A stretch of DNA of 64,000 nucleotides from Candidatus Poribacteria bacterium (GTDB taxonomy: Bacteria; Poribacteria; WGA-4E; PCPOR2b): NCBI GenBank assembly GCA_965215015.1, contig OZ244042.1, forward strand, positions 2,368,001 through 2,432,000, read 5' to 3'. A program made the position numbers and the translations under genes. Below the pieces are notes generated by a model. The model saw only the letters and a program-made list of their open reading frames with translations, had not been told where the DNA came from and searched no databases. Position 1 is the first letter of the stretch. Every line of letters starts with the position of its first letter. Of the stretch, positions 10,377 to 19,165 are shown piece after piece.

Positions 10377-10997
10377 CTATCCATCTTGAGAAATTTTGGT
10401 GCTTTCTGGTTGAGAATCTAAGTGCTTGTGTAACCGCTTTTGGAGCTGCCGGACAGCTGCATTCTTCCGGGAAGCAACAGTACCAACAGGGCACCGAGCT
10501 ATCTCAGCAACTTCTTGGTATGATAACCCTTGTAATTCTGTTAAGACAAAGACTAACCGATGCTCTTCGGACAGGTCGCCAATCGCCGATTGGATGGCTT
10601 CATCTGCCTCTCTAGCAATGGCCGTTTCCTCCGGCAAATATCGGTTATCTGCAATCTCTTCTGATAAGTTATAATCACTGCTGCTATCATTAGCAATGGG
10701 AGCCTCCAGCGAAGAGGTGTAGGGGGTTCGTTGATCTTTAGCAATCTGCTTCAAACAGACATTCTTTGCAATGTGATAAAGGAAAGTGGTAAACTTGGCA
10801 AGCGGTTGATAGGTCGGTGCGCTGCGCCAAAGGCGCAAAAACGTTTCTTGACACAAATCCTCCGCAAGCGTACGATTGTTCACGAAACGATAAATAAAGT
10901 TCAATGTGTTGGTATAGTGACGTTTGGTTAATATTTCAAATGCTGCGCTATTTCCTTCTTTGACGGATAACATTAGATTTTCATCGGATCGTCTCAC
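10377..10997 (-). CDS. ECF sigma-70 factor
   Basis: SDENLM, AFEIL, AEDLCQETFLRLW, FTTFLYHIAKN, GLSYQEVAEIARCPVGTVASR; AAGGAG before GTG 10997 (ORF open to 11189). Confidence 0.9.
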   Translation of the reverse strand: MRRSDENLMLSVKEGNSAAFEILTKRHYTNTLNFIYRFVNNRTLAEDLCQETFLRLWRSAPTYQPLAKFTTFLYHIAKNVCLKQIAKDQRTPYTSSLEAPIANDSSSDYNLSEEIADNRYLPEETAIAREADEAIQSAIGDLSEEHRLVFVLTELQGLSYQEVAEIARCPVGTVASRKNAAVRQLQKRLHKHLDSQPESTKISQDG

Positions 10998-11841
10998 GCT
11001 CGTCTCCTTTGGATTTCTCCTCGTTGCACGGCAGGTAGAACCCAGCGAAGCGTCCAATCTGATTAAGCCAATATAATCAGATCTCTGTGCTCCGGAGTCA
11101 CCTGCCAATTCAGCCGGAATCTTGTCGTAGCCTGTGCCTTTCTCGTAATCGTGCTCTGGCCCAAAATCGAATGTTGAAGTACCTGCCACCTGCTGTCTCC
11201 TTTGGCGATAAAAACGTTGTTTCGGGAATCAATGGGGGAATCTTGTATGCCTTCCTGAACCCCCAATCTGTATCTCTATGAGCGACTGAGAGTTGAGCTA
11301 AACTAAATCCCTTTGATAGGTCAAGGATAGTCCTGCAACCTGAAGGATTATGTGATATCTCCTTCTGTTCCTCAGATCCGGTGGTTGTGTGATGGCGCGC
11401 AGTGTCTTGCGCGGAGGATTTGAAGGAGTTTCCCGGTGTTGCCTCGGGTGCTCTCTCTATCAGCGGATTCAACGCTCGGGTGCGTTTTGGTCCTGTATGG
11501 TTAAACATCTCTCATGTACCTCCTTTTTGGTTTATCAGTTAATAAGTTGAGAGTAAGAATCTGGAGAAAAATTATAGTGCTATCGGTTCCTGCATCTCAG
11601 GACTTCATCATTAACAACTATAGTATAACTCCAATGTTGCTAAAAACTTCATGAAAAAATTAAGATAATTTATTTAATGGATGTGCATAATTCGAGACAC
11701 ATTATAGCGGAATTCAAGCGAGGGTGCCTGCGTCAATCGTAGGGGCTTGGTTGCCAAGCTGGGACCCCACCCCCTACGCATTGAGAGGTGTTGAGAAGTA
11801 TACGTATCAAAACCTATTTATGAGCCCCCTCGGTTATTTAA

Positions 11842-12083
11842 GAGGGGCTCATAAAGTAGTAGGCACACTCGACGTGCCGTAAACCCCATAACCATTATGG
11901 CATATGGCTTGGCTAACGCTTAACTTTCATTAAACTCACACCCCTCATTGGGAAAAAGCAAAATATCCCCCTCCGTCGGTGGGGGATATTGCCTCATCTC
12001 CCGCCTGAGGCCCCTATCTGTATTCGTGTTTTCTGTGTCATCTGCTGCAGCCGCGATTCAGACAATAATTATGAGCACCCCTC
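11842..12083. mobile_element. MITE (GAGGGG family), inverted relative to 10024-10263; marks the left edge of the island
   Basis: GAGGGGCTCATAAA ... ATTATGAGCACCCCTC; reverse-complement similarity to 10024-10263. Confidence 0.7.
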
Positions 12084-12127
12084 ATTTATTTTATGCTAAC
12101 TCATTTACCTACATCTATTATTCTAAA

Positions 12128-12279
12128 TGTCTGAATTAGGATTTTCAGGATTAACCGCTTGAACCCCCTGCACCTTCTGGTTCTGAAAGGATCTAGGGGG
12201 TTCATTTGAACCCCTGCACATTCATGTTCTTAGCATGAATGTTGTAAGATCTTAACCGCTTTGAATGTTGACAAATCCC
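12128..12279. repeat. Hairpin mosaic A upstream of recombinase
   Basis: TGTCTGAATTAGGAT, AACCGCTTGAACCCC, AGGATCTAGGGGGTTCATTTGAACCCC, CACATTCATG..CATGAATGTTGTAAGATCT. Confidence 0.8.
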
Positions 12280-12292
12280 AAAGGAGACCATC

Positions 12293-13294
12293 ATGAATCC
12301 ATTAGCAGTCAAGCATATACCGCTTGAACCCCTCGTCTGCCGCCACGAGGACACACTGGATGAAAAGGGGCGCCTCAAAGATCTACAACCTTCTGGTTTG
12401 AAGCCAGAAGGCTTGAGGATCCTCCGTATCGCTGTGGCGTGGGATGCGTTATCGGAAAACACCAAGACGGCTTATCAGAAGGCGTATAAACGGCTTTCTC
12501 GCCGTAGCGTGGTTGTTGAAGATCTAACGGATGAATCACTCGCCTTGTGTATCTCGCAACTGGACGCCGATGGTCTATCGCCAGCCACGCTCTCACTTAC
12601 TGTCGCTTCGGTCAAGTGGTATTTCAAACATATCATGCGCTCTCCAGCCAGATGGACAACCACCGATAAGCGCCTGCTCACCATCAAGCGTGATACTGAG
12701 AACAGGGGCAATGGGCAAGTCGACGGTCTTTCGTGGGCGGATGTGTATTTCGTGTGCAGGTTCGCTGAATCTGAACAAAGCATCAAGGGCTATCGGGATT
12801 CTGCATTGATACGGCTCATGAGTGATTGCCTGTTGCGAATCTCTGAAGCGGTGGCAGTCAACCTTGAGGATATCCAAGAAAATGCCTTAATCGTCCAGTC
12901 GAGTAAGACGGATCAACAAGGCGAGGGTGTGGCGTTGTATATCGGGGATCGGACAATGCAGATGATACGCGGATACTGCACCGAAGCAAACATAACCACA
13001 GGGGCGTTGTTCAGGCGTATCGTGCGGGGCGATCATATCCAATCCACGAGGCTCACGGTCAATGGAGCTCGCTACGCTATCAAAGAATGGGCTTCTGTCG
13101 CTGGCATTGATGGCTTTATCTCTGGGCATTCGCTTCGTGTGGGGGCTGCGGTGTCTTTATCTCAAGCGGGGGCGTCGGTCGTGGAGATGCAACAAGCGGG
13201 CAGATGGAAATCACTACAGATGCCAGCGCATTATGCACGGGTAAAGGAAGCGGAAAAGGTGGCTGTGGCTCGGTATCGGTATAAAAAGGGGTAG
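12293..13294 (+). CDS. Tyrosine recombinase, Cre-like
   Basis: AAGGAG RBS; RDSALIRLMSDCLLRISE (Arg), SKTDQ (Lys), GHSLRVG (HxxR), GRW, MPAHY (Tyr); N-terminal SENTKTAY helix. Confidence 0.92.
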   Translation: MNPLAVKHIPLEPLVCRHEDTLDEKGRLKDLQPSGLKPEGLRILRIAVAWDALSENTKTAYQKAYKRLSRRSVVVEDLTDESLALCISQLDADGLSPATLSLTVASVKWYFKHIMRSPARWTTTDKRLLTIKRDTENRGNGQVDGLSWADVYFVCRFAESEQSIKGYRDSALIRLMSDCLLRISEAVAVNLEDIQENALIVQSSKTDQQGEGVALYIGDRTMQMIRGYCTEANITTGALFRRIVRGDHIQSTRLTVNGARYAIKEWASVAGIDGFISGHSLRVGAAVSLSQAGASVVEMQQAGRWKSLQMPAHYARVKEAEKVAVARYRYKKG

Positions 13295-13395
13295 AAAGGA
13301 TCTATCACATTCGGACTTGTTAGGGCTCGCCCTAACAAGCTGTTTTTAACATGAATGTTGAAGATCTAGGATTGTTAGGCTGGAATCTAACAATC
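13295..13395. repeat. Hairpin mosaic B, starting immediately after the recombinase stop
   Basis: Reverse complement of the 16869-16915 unit, interrupted at 13313-13340 by CTTGTTAGGGC-TC-GCCCTAACAAG; followed by GATTGTTAGG..TCTAACAATC. Confidence 0.85.
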
Positions 13396-13531
13396 TTCTG
13401 TTATTTTACCCTTTTTCGCCATTCGTTTCTACCTAAAACAAAAGGGCTGCGCGATTCAGGATTACCGATGATGCAGCCCTTTTTCTGTTTTTAGATTCTG
13501 TTTTGGGCGGAACGATGGCAATAAGGAGAAG

Positions 13532-13807
13532 ATGATGTTTTCAACAAAAAGACGGTTGATGGCTATGGTCCTAATCGTTGGGTTCTTGGTAGCTAGTTTT
13601 GGGCTGTTCCCACCGCCGGCTTACAGCGATGATTGTTCAACAGCCACAAACAACTGTTGTGCTGCTATCGCTTTAGCAGCCTATTATTGTAACCTATATG
13701 GTAGTGGCAGTGGGGTGTGTGATGCATGGCAAAGGTACGCCGGGCAGAAGTGTTCAACCGCGGCTGAGATATGTGGCTATTCTGCCTATCATCTGTGCTA
13801 TAATTAG
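13532..13807 (+). CDS. Small secreted cysteine-rich peptide (8 Cys)
   Basis: AAGGAG RBS; basic plus hydrophobic signal peptide ending AYS; mature part C-x6-CC-x9-C-x9-C-x10-C-x6-C-x7-C. Confidence 0.75.
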   Translation: MMFSTKRRLMAMVLIVGFLVASFGLFPPPAYSDDCSTATNNCCAAIALAAYYCNLYGSGSGVCDAWQRYAGQKCSTAAEICGYSAYHLCYN

Positions 13808-13858
13808 CCCTCACTGTTTTCTCCCGCTGTAGCAGAGATTTTTTCCCTTACCTTTCCA

Positions 13859-13982
13859 AAAGATCTTAGGGGTTCAAGAGGTTCCGCGGTTTTAAAACCG
13901 CTTGAACCCCTTCCTCTTAACCCCTGCACATTCATGTTTTAAACCGCTAACAATCCCTCACCTAACAACCGCACCTAACAGG
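13859..13982. repeat. Hairpin mosaic C
   Basis: AGATCT-AGGGGTTCAAG..GCGGTTTTAAAACCGC-TTGAACCCCT, CACATTCATGTT, three CTAACA units. Confidence 0.8.
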
Positions 13983-14023
13983 CGTGGTTATAAATCTTAT
14001 TGAAACATAAAGGGAGATCGCCG

Positions 14024-15163
14024 ATGAAAACCAAGTTGATACCGAATCTTTCAATGAAGTTGAAAAAATCAATCTATGTGTCCGGTGCCCTGTTGGCAGG
14101 AATCGTCGTTTGTATGTCTGTATTTTTTGGGCTTCGGGAGCATAAGGAGAGGGAACTTCAGGGGAAAAGTAACTTCACTCTCCAAAACAATGGGATCGCC
14201 GCCGCGCCCCTAACAATGCCGCGTGGGAATTCAGAGGAAGAGTTACAGACGCCCGCAGAAAGAATTGTGCAGCACACAAAAAATAATTTTGTGTCTCTGT
14301 ATAGCGAAGATGAACTTGCAACGCAAGAGAGACAAAAAATGCTTGAGGTTATGAATTCGCCGGAGTACCTTAAATACATGAAAAACGCGCTGGAAAAAGG
14401 TTATAGGTTCCGTCATTCTGCTGAATTTTGGGAATCACACGGGTTTCCGTTAGAGAGGGATATGTTTAAGGATGCCTTCCGAAAAGAGTTTCCGACTGGG
14501 GTGCCTGAGATGCGTCTGAAAATGGCGAATCTATTTCTTTCCCAAGAACCGGTAGACCTGACTAACCCAAGCGCAGCGGCTTTGCAACGTCAAGAGGTGT
14601 TCCTTAAGTTTATCAAAGAAGAAGGTCGAAATATAGGCTGGCTGGGGGGACAGTTCGGGATCGATCTTGATGGTGCTATGCTAGCAGGGTGGGAAGAAGG
14701 ATCTGAGAGCACCCCTGCTTTTGTCTGGATAACTGATGTTCAAAGACATGCGGCGAGTATTGTCGCAGCCGCAGAAACGACCGGAGTCGATACACCTGAA
14801 GCACAGGTATCAGCTCCTTCATGGGATATGTCCTCCGTCATGGAAAGCCCCTCTGCATCTGATAGCGAAATGTCAGTGCCCCTCCCCCCGCTTGATACAT
14901 CAACTGACGCCGAGATTGAGGCAGCCACGAGACCTCAACCGCTCGATATGCCCCAAAATCACCGCCCTGATATGCCGGGCGAGATTCAAAGTAATCTTGA
15001 AGCATCCCTGAAATCGCAGTTTTCACCAGAGCAGTTCGATCGGGCGATGTCTACTTTAGAGCAGTATGGACCCGAAGAAGGGCTCCGCCGTCTACGTCAA
15101 AGCGATCCAGACTTTGCCAAGCAAGTAGAACAACATCGTAACCGAGAGGAGGTTTCCAAATGA
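14024..15163 (+). CDS. Membrane-anchored hypothetical protein with C-terminal FDRAMSTLEQYGPEEGLRRLR motif
   Basis: GGGAG RBS at ATG 14024; one N-terminal TM; Pro/Ser/acidic linker; helical C-terminal module. Confidence 0.8.
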   Translation: MKTKLIPNLSMKLKKSIYVSGALLAGIVVCMSVFFGLREHKERELQGKSNFTLQNNGIAAAPLTMPRGNSEEELQTPAERIVQHTKNNFVSLYSEDELATQERQKMLEVMNSPEYLKYMKNALEKGYRFRHSAEFWESHGFPLERDMFKDAFRKEFPTGVPEMRLKMANLFLSQEPVDLTNPSAAALQRQEVFLKFIKEEGRNIGWLGGQFGIDLDGAMLAGWEEGSESTPAFVWITDVQRHAASIVAAAETTGVDTPEAQVSAPSWDMSSVMESPSASDSEMSVPLPPLDTSTDAEIEAATRPQPLDMPQNHRPDMPGEIQSNLEASLKSQFSPEQFDRAMSTLEQYGPEEGLRRLRQSDPDFAKQVEQHRNREEVSK

Positions 15164-15393
15164 AAGTGTTTATGATAGCGTGGGTAGTGTTTTGTTTCTT
15201 GGTAATTGCGGGGTTGTTCATTGCCTATGCAACAGACAACTTTCCCGGTGTCCCCGCTCCCCAACAAGTTGATATGGAAACAGAGGAAGAGTGTTCACCA
15301 TGTGAGAAGAATCTGAAACGTCTCAAAGAGGCGAGGGAACGGTGGGAGCGTGAGCGTAAAGCCCAAGCCGTTGACCGTGGAGATGCGGAATGA
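15160..15393 (+). CDS. Small membrane-anchored protein with CxxC
   Basis: GGAGG RBS, ATGA overlap with upstream gene; TM followed by EEECSPC and a coiled coil. Confidence 0.75.
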   Translation: MKVFMIAWVVFCFLVIAGLFIAYATDNFPGVPAPQQVDMETEEECSPCEKNLKRLKEARERWERERKAQAVDRGDAE

Positions 15394-15908
15394 ATCACAA
15401 GCAGAAGTATTTCTACGCCTCATTGGGCGCGGTGATTATGCTAGTTGGGATTTTGGTTGGTTCTATCGTTTCACCCCCTCTGATCGCACAGCGGAAGGAC
15501 ATGCCTGGGGATATAAAGTGTACCTCACTAATAGTGGTTGATAAGTCAGGTGAGCCTGCGATTGTCTTACGCACCGATGAGGCTTTGGGTAACGGTGTCG
15601 TCCTTCACAATCCTGTGGGTACTCCTGCGGTGCTCTTGGTCGCTGATGAAACGGGAAACAGTATCGCTGTTGCCGATAAGTCAGGAGAGGCTGCAGTGCT
15701 GTTACGTACGAGTGAATTAGCGAATCGTGTTATCGTCCGCAGTCCTTTAGGCAAAGATGGGGTTCGTCTTTCTGCGGGTAAAGTTGCCAATCGGGTAACG
15801 GTATCCAATCCTGAGGAGGCAAATGCTGTGCAGTTATACGCCGATGAAGTGGCCAATCGTGTTACCGTTCACAATCGGGTAGGTATCATCAGGTGGCAAG
15901 CACCGTAA
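15390..15908 (+). CDS. Membrane-anchored hypothetical with ~22-aa beta-strand repeats
   Basis: ATGA overlap; TM; repeats DKSGEPAIVLRT / DKSGEAAVLLRT / ANRV x3; ends WQAP. Confidence 0.75.
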   Translation: MNHKQKYFYASLGAVIMLVGILVGSIVSPPLIAQRKDMPGDIKCTSLIVVDKSGEPAIVLRTDEALGNGVVLHNPVGTPAVLLVADETGNSIAVADKSGEAAVLLRTSELANRVIVRSPLGKDGVRLSAGKVANRVTVSNPEEANAVQLYADEVANRVTVHNRVGIIRWQAP

Positions 15909-15925
15909 CCGTCAATCCTGATAAT

Positions 15926-16132
15926 TTGTCTGAATCAGGATGGCTTGTTAGGCTTTGCCTAACAAGCGTCAGGATTAAAGGATTTTCAGGAGATTGTTAG
16001 GATCTTGTAGGCTGCCTATCAGACGCGCTAACAGGATTGTTAGGTATCACCTAACAATCTGCTAACAGACGGTTCTTAACCGCCTGAAGGATTTACCACA
16101 TTCATGTTTCAAACATGAATGTTGACAAATCC
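15926..16132. repeat. Hairpin mosaic D
   Basis: TTGTCTGAATCAGGAT unit split at 15942-15968 by GCTTGTTAGGC-TTT-GCCTAACAAGC; GATTGTTAGGT-ATC-ACCTAACAATC; ACATTCATGTTT-C-AAACATGAATGT. Confidence 0.85.
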
Positions 16133-16157
16133 CATAAGTTTGGGGGAAGATTTAACC

Positions 16158-17011
16158 ATGAAATTAAAAAGCGAAAAATTACTTCTGCTTCTACCAATCG
16201 TTGTTATTGCAAATTCGATGGCACTATATCTTTGGATAAAACTTGGGTGGACTGTACCGACTCTCATTGCCACATTATTTGGGATTGGTACGATATTATC
16301 CTTCGTTTTGATTAATCGATTCTATGAATACCTACAAGACAATAGGTATTTCATAATTGGAAGTGCGATTTTTGTATTTATGGTAGGGATGTATCTCTGG
16401 AGAGGTAAAGGAATTCCCTATATCGGTATATCATTTGCCTTGCTTGGTATGTGTCTTTTATTTATGGTGGTCTTGAAGGGGCTGTGGCGGAATATTTGCT
16501 GTATCGCTGCTCTGGTTCTCTGTGGAATCGTTTTCATCTTTGGAGATAAAGAGGTTAACCAGGCCCCCACTCCTGCCATAGAGGAAGTCGGGGTGATAAA
16601 GCCGGGGAGTGCCGCCGCCGTTTCACGCGACATGGCCGATATGATGCACCGGATATTCCCCTCTGAACAACTTGAGGACCCAGCGGTTCAGGAAATAATA
16701 GAGGTTATAGCCTCCGATTCATTTCAGAAAAAGTTGAAACAACACAATCCGAAGACAATGGATGAATACATCCATTTCATTGTGTCCCACGGATTTACTG
16801 ATCTTTCAGAGGCAGATTTTCACAAAGTCCTTGATGCTGGGTACCAAGTTGCCGAAGCGGATTACAAAAAAGATCTTCAACATTCATGTTAAAAACATGA
16901 ATGTGATAGATCCTTGCCAAAAACTCTGGTAAAACCCCTGAGACTGAAGACGATGTGATGAAACACCGATTGGTTACAGCGATGGAGGAGTTCGGGTTGC
17001 TGGGGGCATAG
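16158..17011 (+). pseudogene. Multi-TM protein, distantly similar to the 14024 gene in its soluble part; broken by a 47-bp hairpin insert
   Basis: ORF stops inside the insert at 16892; removing 16869-16915 restores YK-AKNSGKTPETEDDVMKHRL; EQLEDPAVQEIIEVIAS resembles DELATQERQKMLEVMNS. Confidence 0.7.
16869..16915. repeat. 47-bp AGATCT-ended hairpin unit inserted in a CDS
   Basis: AAAGATCTTCAACATTCATGTTAAAAACATGAATGTGATAGATCCTT. Confidence 0.85.
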
Positions 17012-17262
17012 AGGATTTTATGAAGGATCGTAATAATGTTACGCATTTAATAGTTTTAGACTTAACAATCTATTGTTTTTGCTATTGTTTTTTTTGATAT
17101 TCTATGAGTGAACTTGCCAATCGTTGTGAATAATTGATGTCGATTCTAAGTCGCCTTACCTATAGGAGCCATTTGATGTCTAACCTGTTGCACAACACAG
17201 TTTCGCTGTGCATGGCGAAATTTCTGACTCACCATCTACATGGCAAAAGGAGGTGAGCCTTT

Positions 17263-17448
17263 ATGCCACGCATACAACGCGTTAAGTCTGACTCGCGTAA
17301 AAATGGCACACTCGTCAGAACTCATTTACGGACGGACCCTGACGGAAATCGGTATAATCATCTCAAACCACCCACCCAAAAGCACATTCAAGATTATTTT
17401 GACAGGAAACTGGGAATACGCAGCCCTCGCCCCCGACGGCGCAGATAA
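17263..17448 (+). CDS. Small basic passenger protein (RKNGT-x-V-x2-H-x-RT-x-PDGN motif)
   Basis: AAGGAGGTG RBS; second intact copy at 21836-22018. Confidence 0.7.
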   Translation: MPRIQRVKSDSRKNGTLVRTHLRTDPDGNRYNHLKPPTQKHIQDYFDRKLGIRSPRPRRRR

Positions 17449-17463
17449 TTCTATCCGGGGATG

Positions 17464-18348
17464 CTACACAAAACACTCCCTGATAAACCTCTCAAACCCC
17501 TTGGGGCGGCCCCGATTGTTCCACTTAAAACAGGCTTCGGCCAGGTAAAGTGGTGTCCATTTCTTACTGTAATGATGATGCGTTCCGTGAAATGCTCGCT
17601 TGAGCATTGACCCAAACCCCTCAATCGTGTTCGTATGAGCGATGCCTTTGACATACTCTTTCTCACCGTGCTTCACCGTCAAATGAGGCATTAATTCCGA
17701 AGCACCTTCGTAACTCTGGAACTCATCTGTCATGAGAACCGATTGCTGGGGGTTAACAACATCTTTGATAAACCCAATAACACCCTGACGGGTTAAATCT
17801 GTGGCGATACGGGCAATAACCTTACCCGTTCGTTCTATTGCACCGATAACCGCTGTCTTTGCTGTCCCTCTACCCCGTTTCGGTGCAGGAGGCAGGTTGT
17901 CGTCATCATCTTTTCTTCTGCGAGGTTTGCCCCCCAAGTAAGTTTCATCACATTCGATAATGCCTTTCAAGAAAGTGGTGCCCCGGCATTCCATCTCTTT
18001 CCTTATTCGTTGCATCATATACCAGGTAGACATCTGATTCAGCCCAAGATGCCGGGCAAGTTGACAACTGGACAGGCTTTTCTTGGCATCTACCATCAAG
18101 GCGATCCCAACAAACCACTTAGTAAGTGAAATCTTAGTCCCTTGAAACAGCGTGCCAGGCAAAACATTGAAACTCGACTTGCATAGGTGGCAATTCCATC
18201 GTCCAATTTTACCATTTTCACGTTTTCTTGCCACTCTATCACTCCCACAATGGGGACACTCCGGAGCATCTCCCCATCGCACTTGTTCGAGATGCTTAAT
18301 ACAATTTTCATGAGTCGAAAATCGCTCGACAATCTCAAGTAAATTCAT
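17464..18348 (-). CDS. IS1595 (ISXO2-like) transposase
   Basis: Zn ribbon CPHC..CHLC; IIECDETYLGG, LMTDE, HTNTIEG, YLAEACFKWN. Confidence 0.93.
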   Translation of the reverse strand: MNLLEIVERFSTHENCIKHLEQVRWGDAPECPHCGSDRVARKRENGKIGRWNCHLCKSSFNVLPGTLFQGTKISLTKWFVGIALMVDAKKSLSSCQLARHLGLNQMSTWYMMQRIRKEMECRGTTFLKGIIECDETYLGGKPRRRKDDDDNLPPAPKRGRGTAKTAVIGAIERTGKVIARIATDLTRQGVIGFIKDVVNPQQSVLMTDEFQSYEGASELMPHLTVKHGEKEYVKGIAHTNTIEGFGSMLKRAFHGTHHHYSKKWTPLYLAEACFKWNNRGRPKGFERFIRECFV

Positions 18349-18471
18349 ACTTGACTCCTTTATTCATGCGGGTTGAGACGATATGATTATCTCAAAAATA
18401 TGATTATCTCAAGAATACGCCAAAAAGTCAAGCCTTTATCTGTTAAGTGCGTAATTATTTTTGTTCTATGT

Positions 18472-18684
18472 TCATTTTTTAGGGCAGGTGGGTTTCCCAC
18501 TTGCCCTTCTTCTCTTTAGGCAGTCGGTCATCTTTTCGACGGACTGCCGTTTTCGTCCGCTACGAGTAACCATCTTTGGCAAAGGGATGGTGTCAGGTAG
18601 CATACGAATCAGTTGCCCGACAAATCCTAACACCATGATGGCAACCAGAACTGTGTGGGATGGGCTCCATGCAGAAAAGTCCAT
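18472..18684 (-). CDS. Small membrane protein, possibly truncated
   Basis: AAGGAG RBS; N-terminal hydrophobic helix; ends next to the IS end. Confidence 0.5.
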   Translation of the reverse strand: MDFSAWSPSHTVLVAIMVLGFVGQLIRMLPDTIPLPKMVTRSGRKRQSVEKMTDCLKRRRASGKPTCPKK

Positions 18685-18715
18685 AAGTGTCTCCTTTTTG
18701 TGGATCTCAATTGCT

Positions 18716-19163
18716 TGCAGAGGTTGTAAACCTAGTTGTCTGAATCAGGATTTTCAAACGCCTGTTAGCTCTCTGTTAGCGGAACGCTACCAGACGCGCT
18801 ACCAGACGGGATTATGAGATTTTCAGGATGAGGAGCTTGGGGGATTATACTTCATTCGGTTATTAACAGAAGCCTAACAACCCCTCTGTTAGCGAAAGCG
18901 CTAATAGCTTGTGAGGCTTTGAAGGTGCAGGGGTTCAAGCGGTTTTCAGGGGTTCCGCGGTTTTAAAACCGCTTGAACCCCTACCGCGGAACCCCCTAGA
19001 TCTTCTGACAAGAGGCTAACAAGCGGTTCTAAACCTGGTCCCCCTCCTGAGAATCCTTTAATCCTGAGAATCCTGATTCAGACAATTACCAGGATTGTGA
19101 GGTGTTCACTGCCTGTTAGCGCGTCTGATAGGCTTTGCCTAACAGAGAGGCTAACAGACGGTT
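18716..19163. repeat. Hairpin mosaic E (largest, all unit families)
   Basis: TTGTCTGAATCAGG unit split at 18757-18808 by doubly nested TGTTAGC hairpins; interleaved GGGGTTCAAGCGG/GGGGTTCCGCGG with CCGCTTGAACCCC/CCGCGGAACCCC; inverted CCTGATTCAGACAA. Confidence 0.85.
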
Positions 19164-19165
19164 GG

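Larger units (their letters stand above)
17041..18452. mobile_element. IS1595-family element with passenger ORF
   Basis: TIRs ACGCATTTAATAG / CTGTTAAGTGCGT; both ends confirmed by the deleted copy at 21780-22240; no TSD seen. Confidence 0.8.

Noticed and set aside
12293-13294. Canonical integron integrase IntI
   Set aside because: Cre-type GHSLRVG motif, no IntI-specific insertion, co-oriented cargo, and no complete attC (R''-L''-L'-R') identified.
17240-17548. 102-aa ORF (and its 92-aa copy at 21763-22041)
   Set aside because: Overlaps the RBS-supported 61-aa ORF in another frame and runs into the transposase; no RBS.
17030-18465. 8-bp TSD for IS1595 or its derivative
   Set aside because: The flanks are AT-rich but do not match in any end combination I tried.
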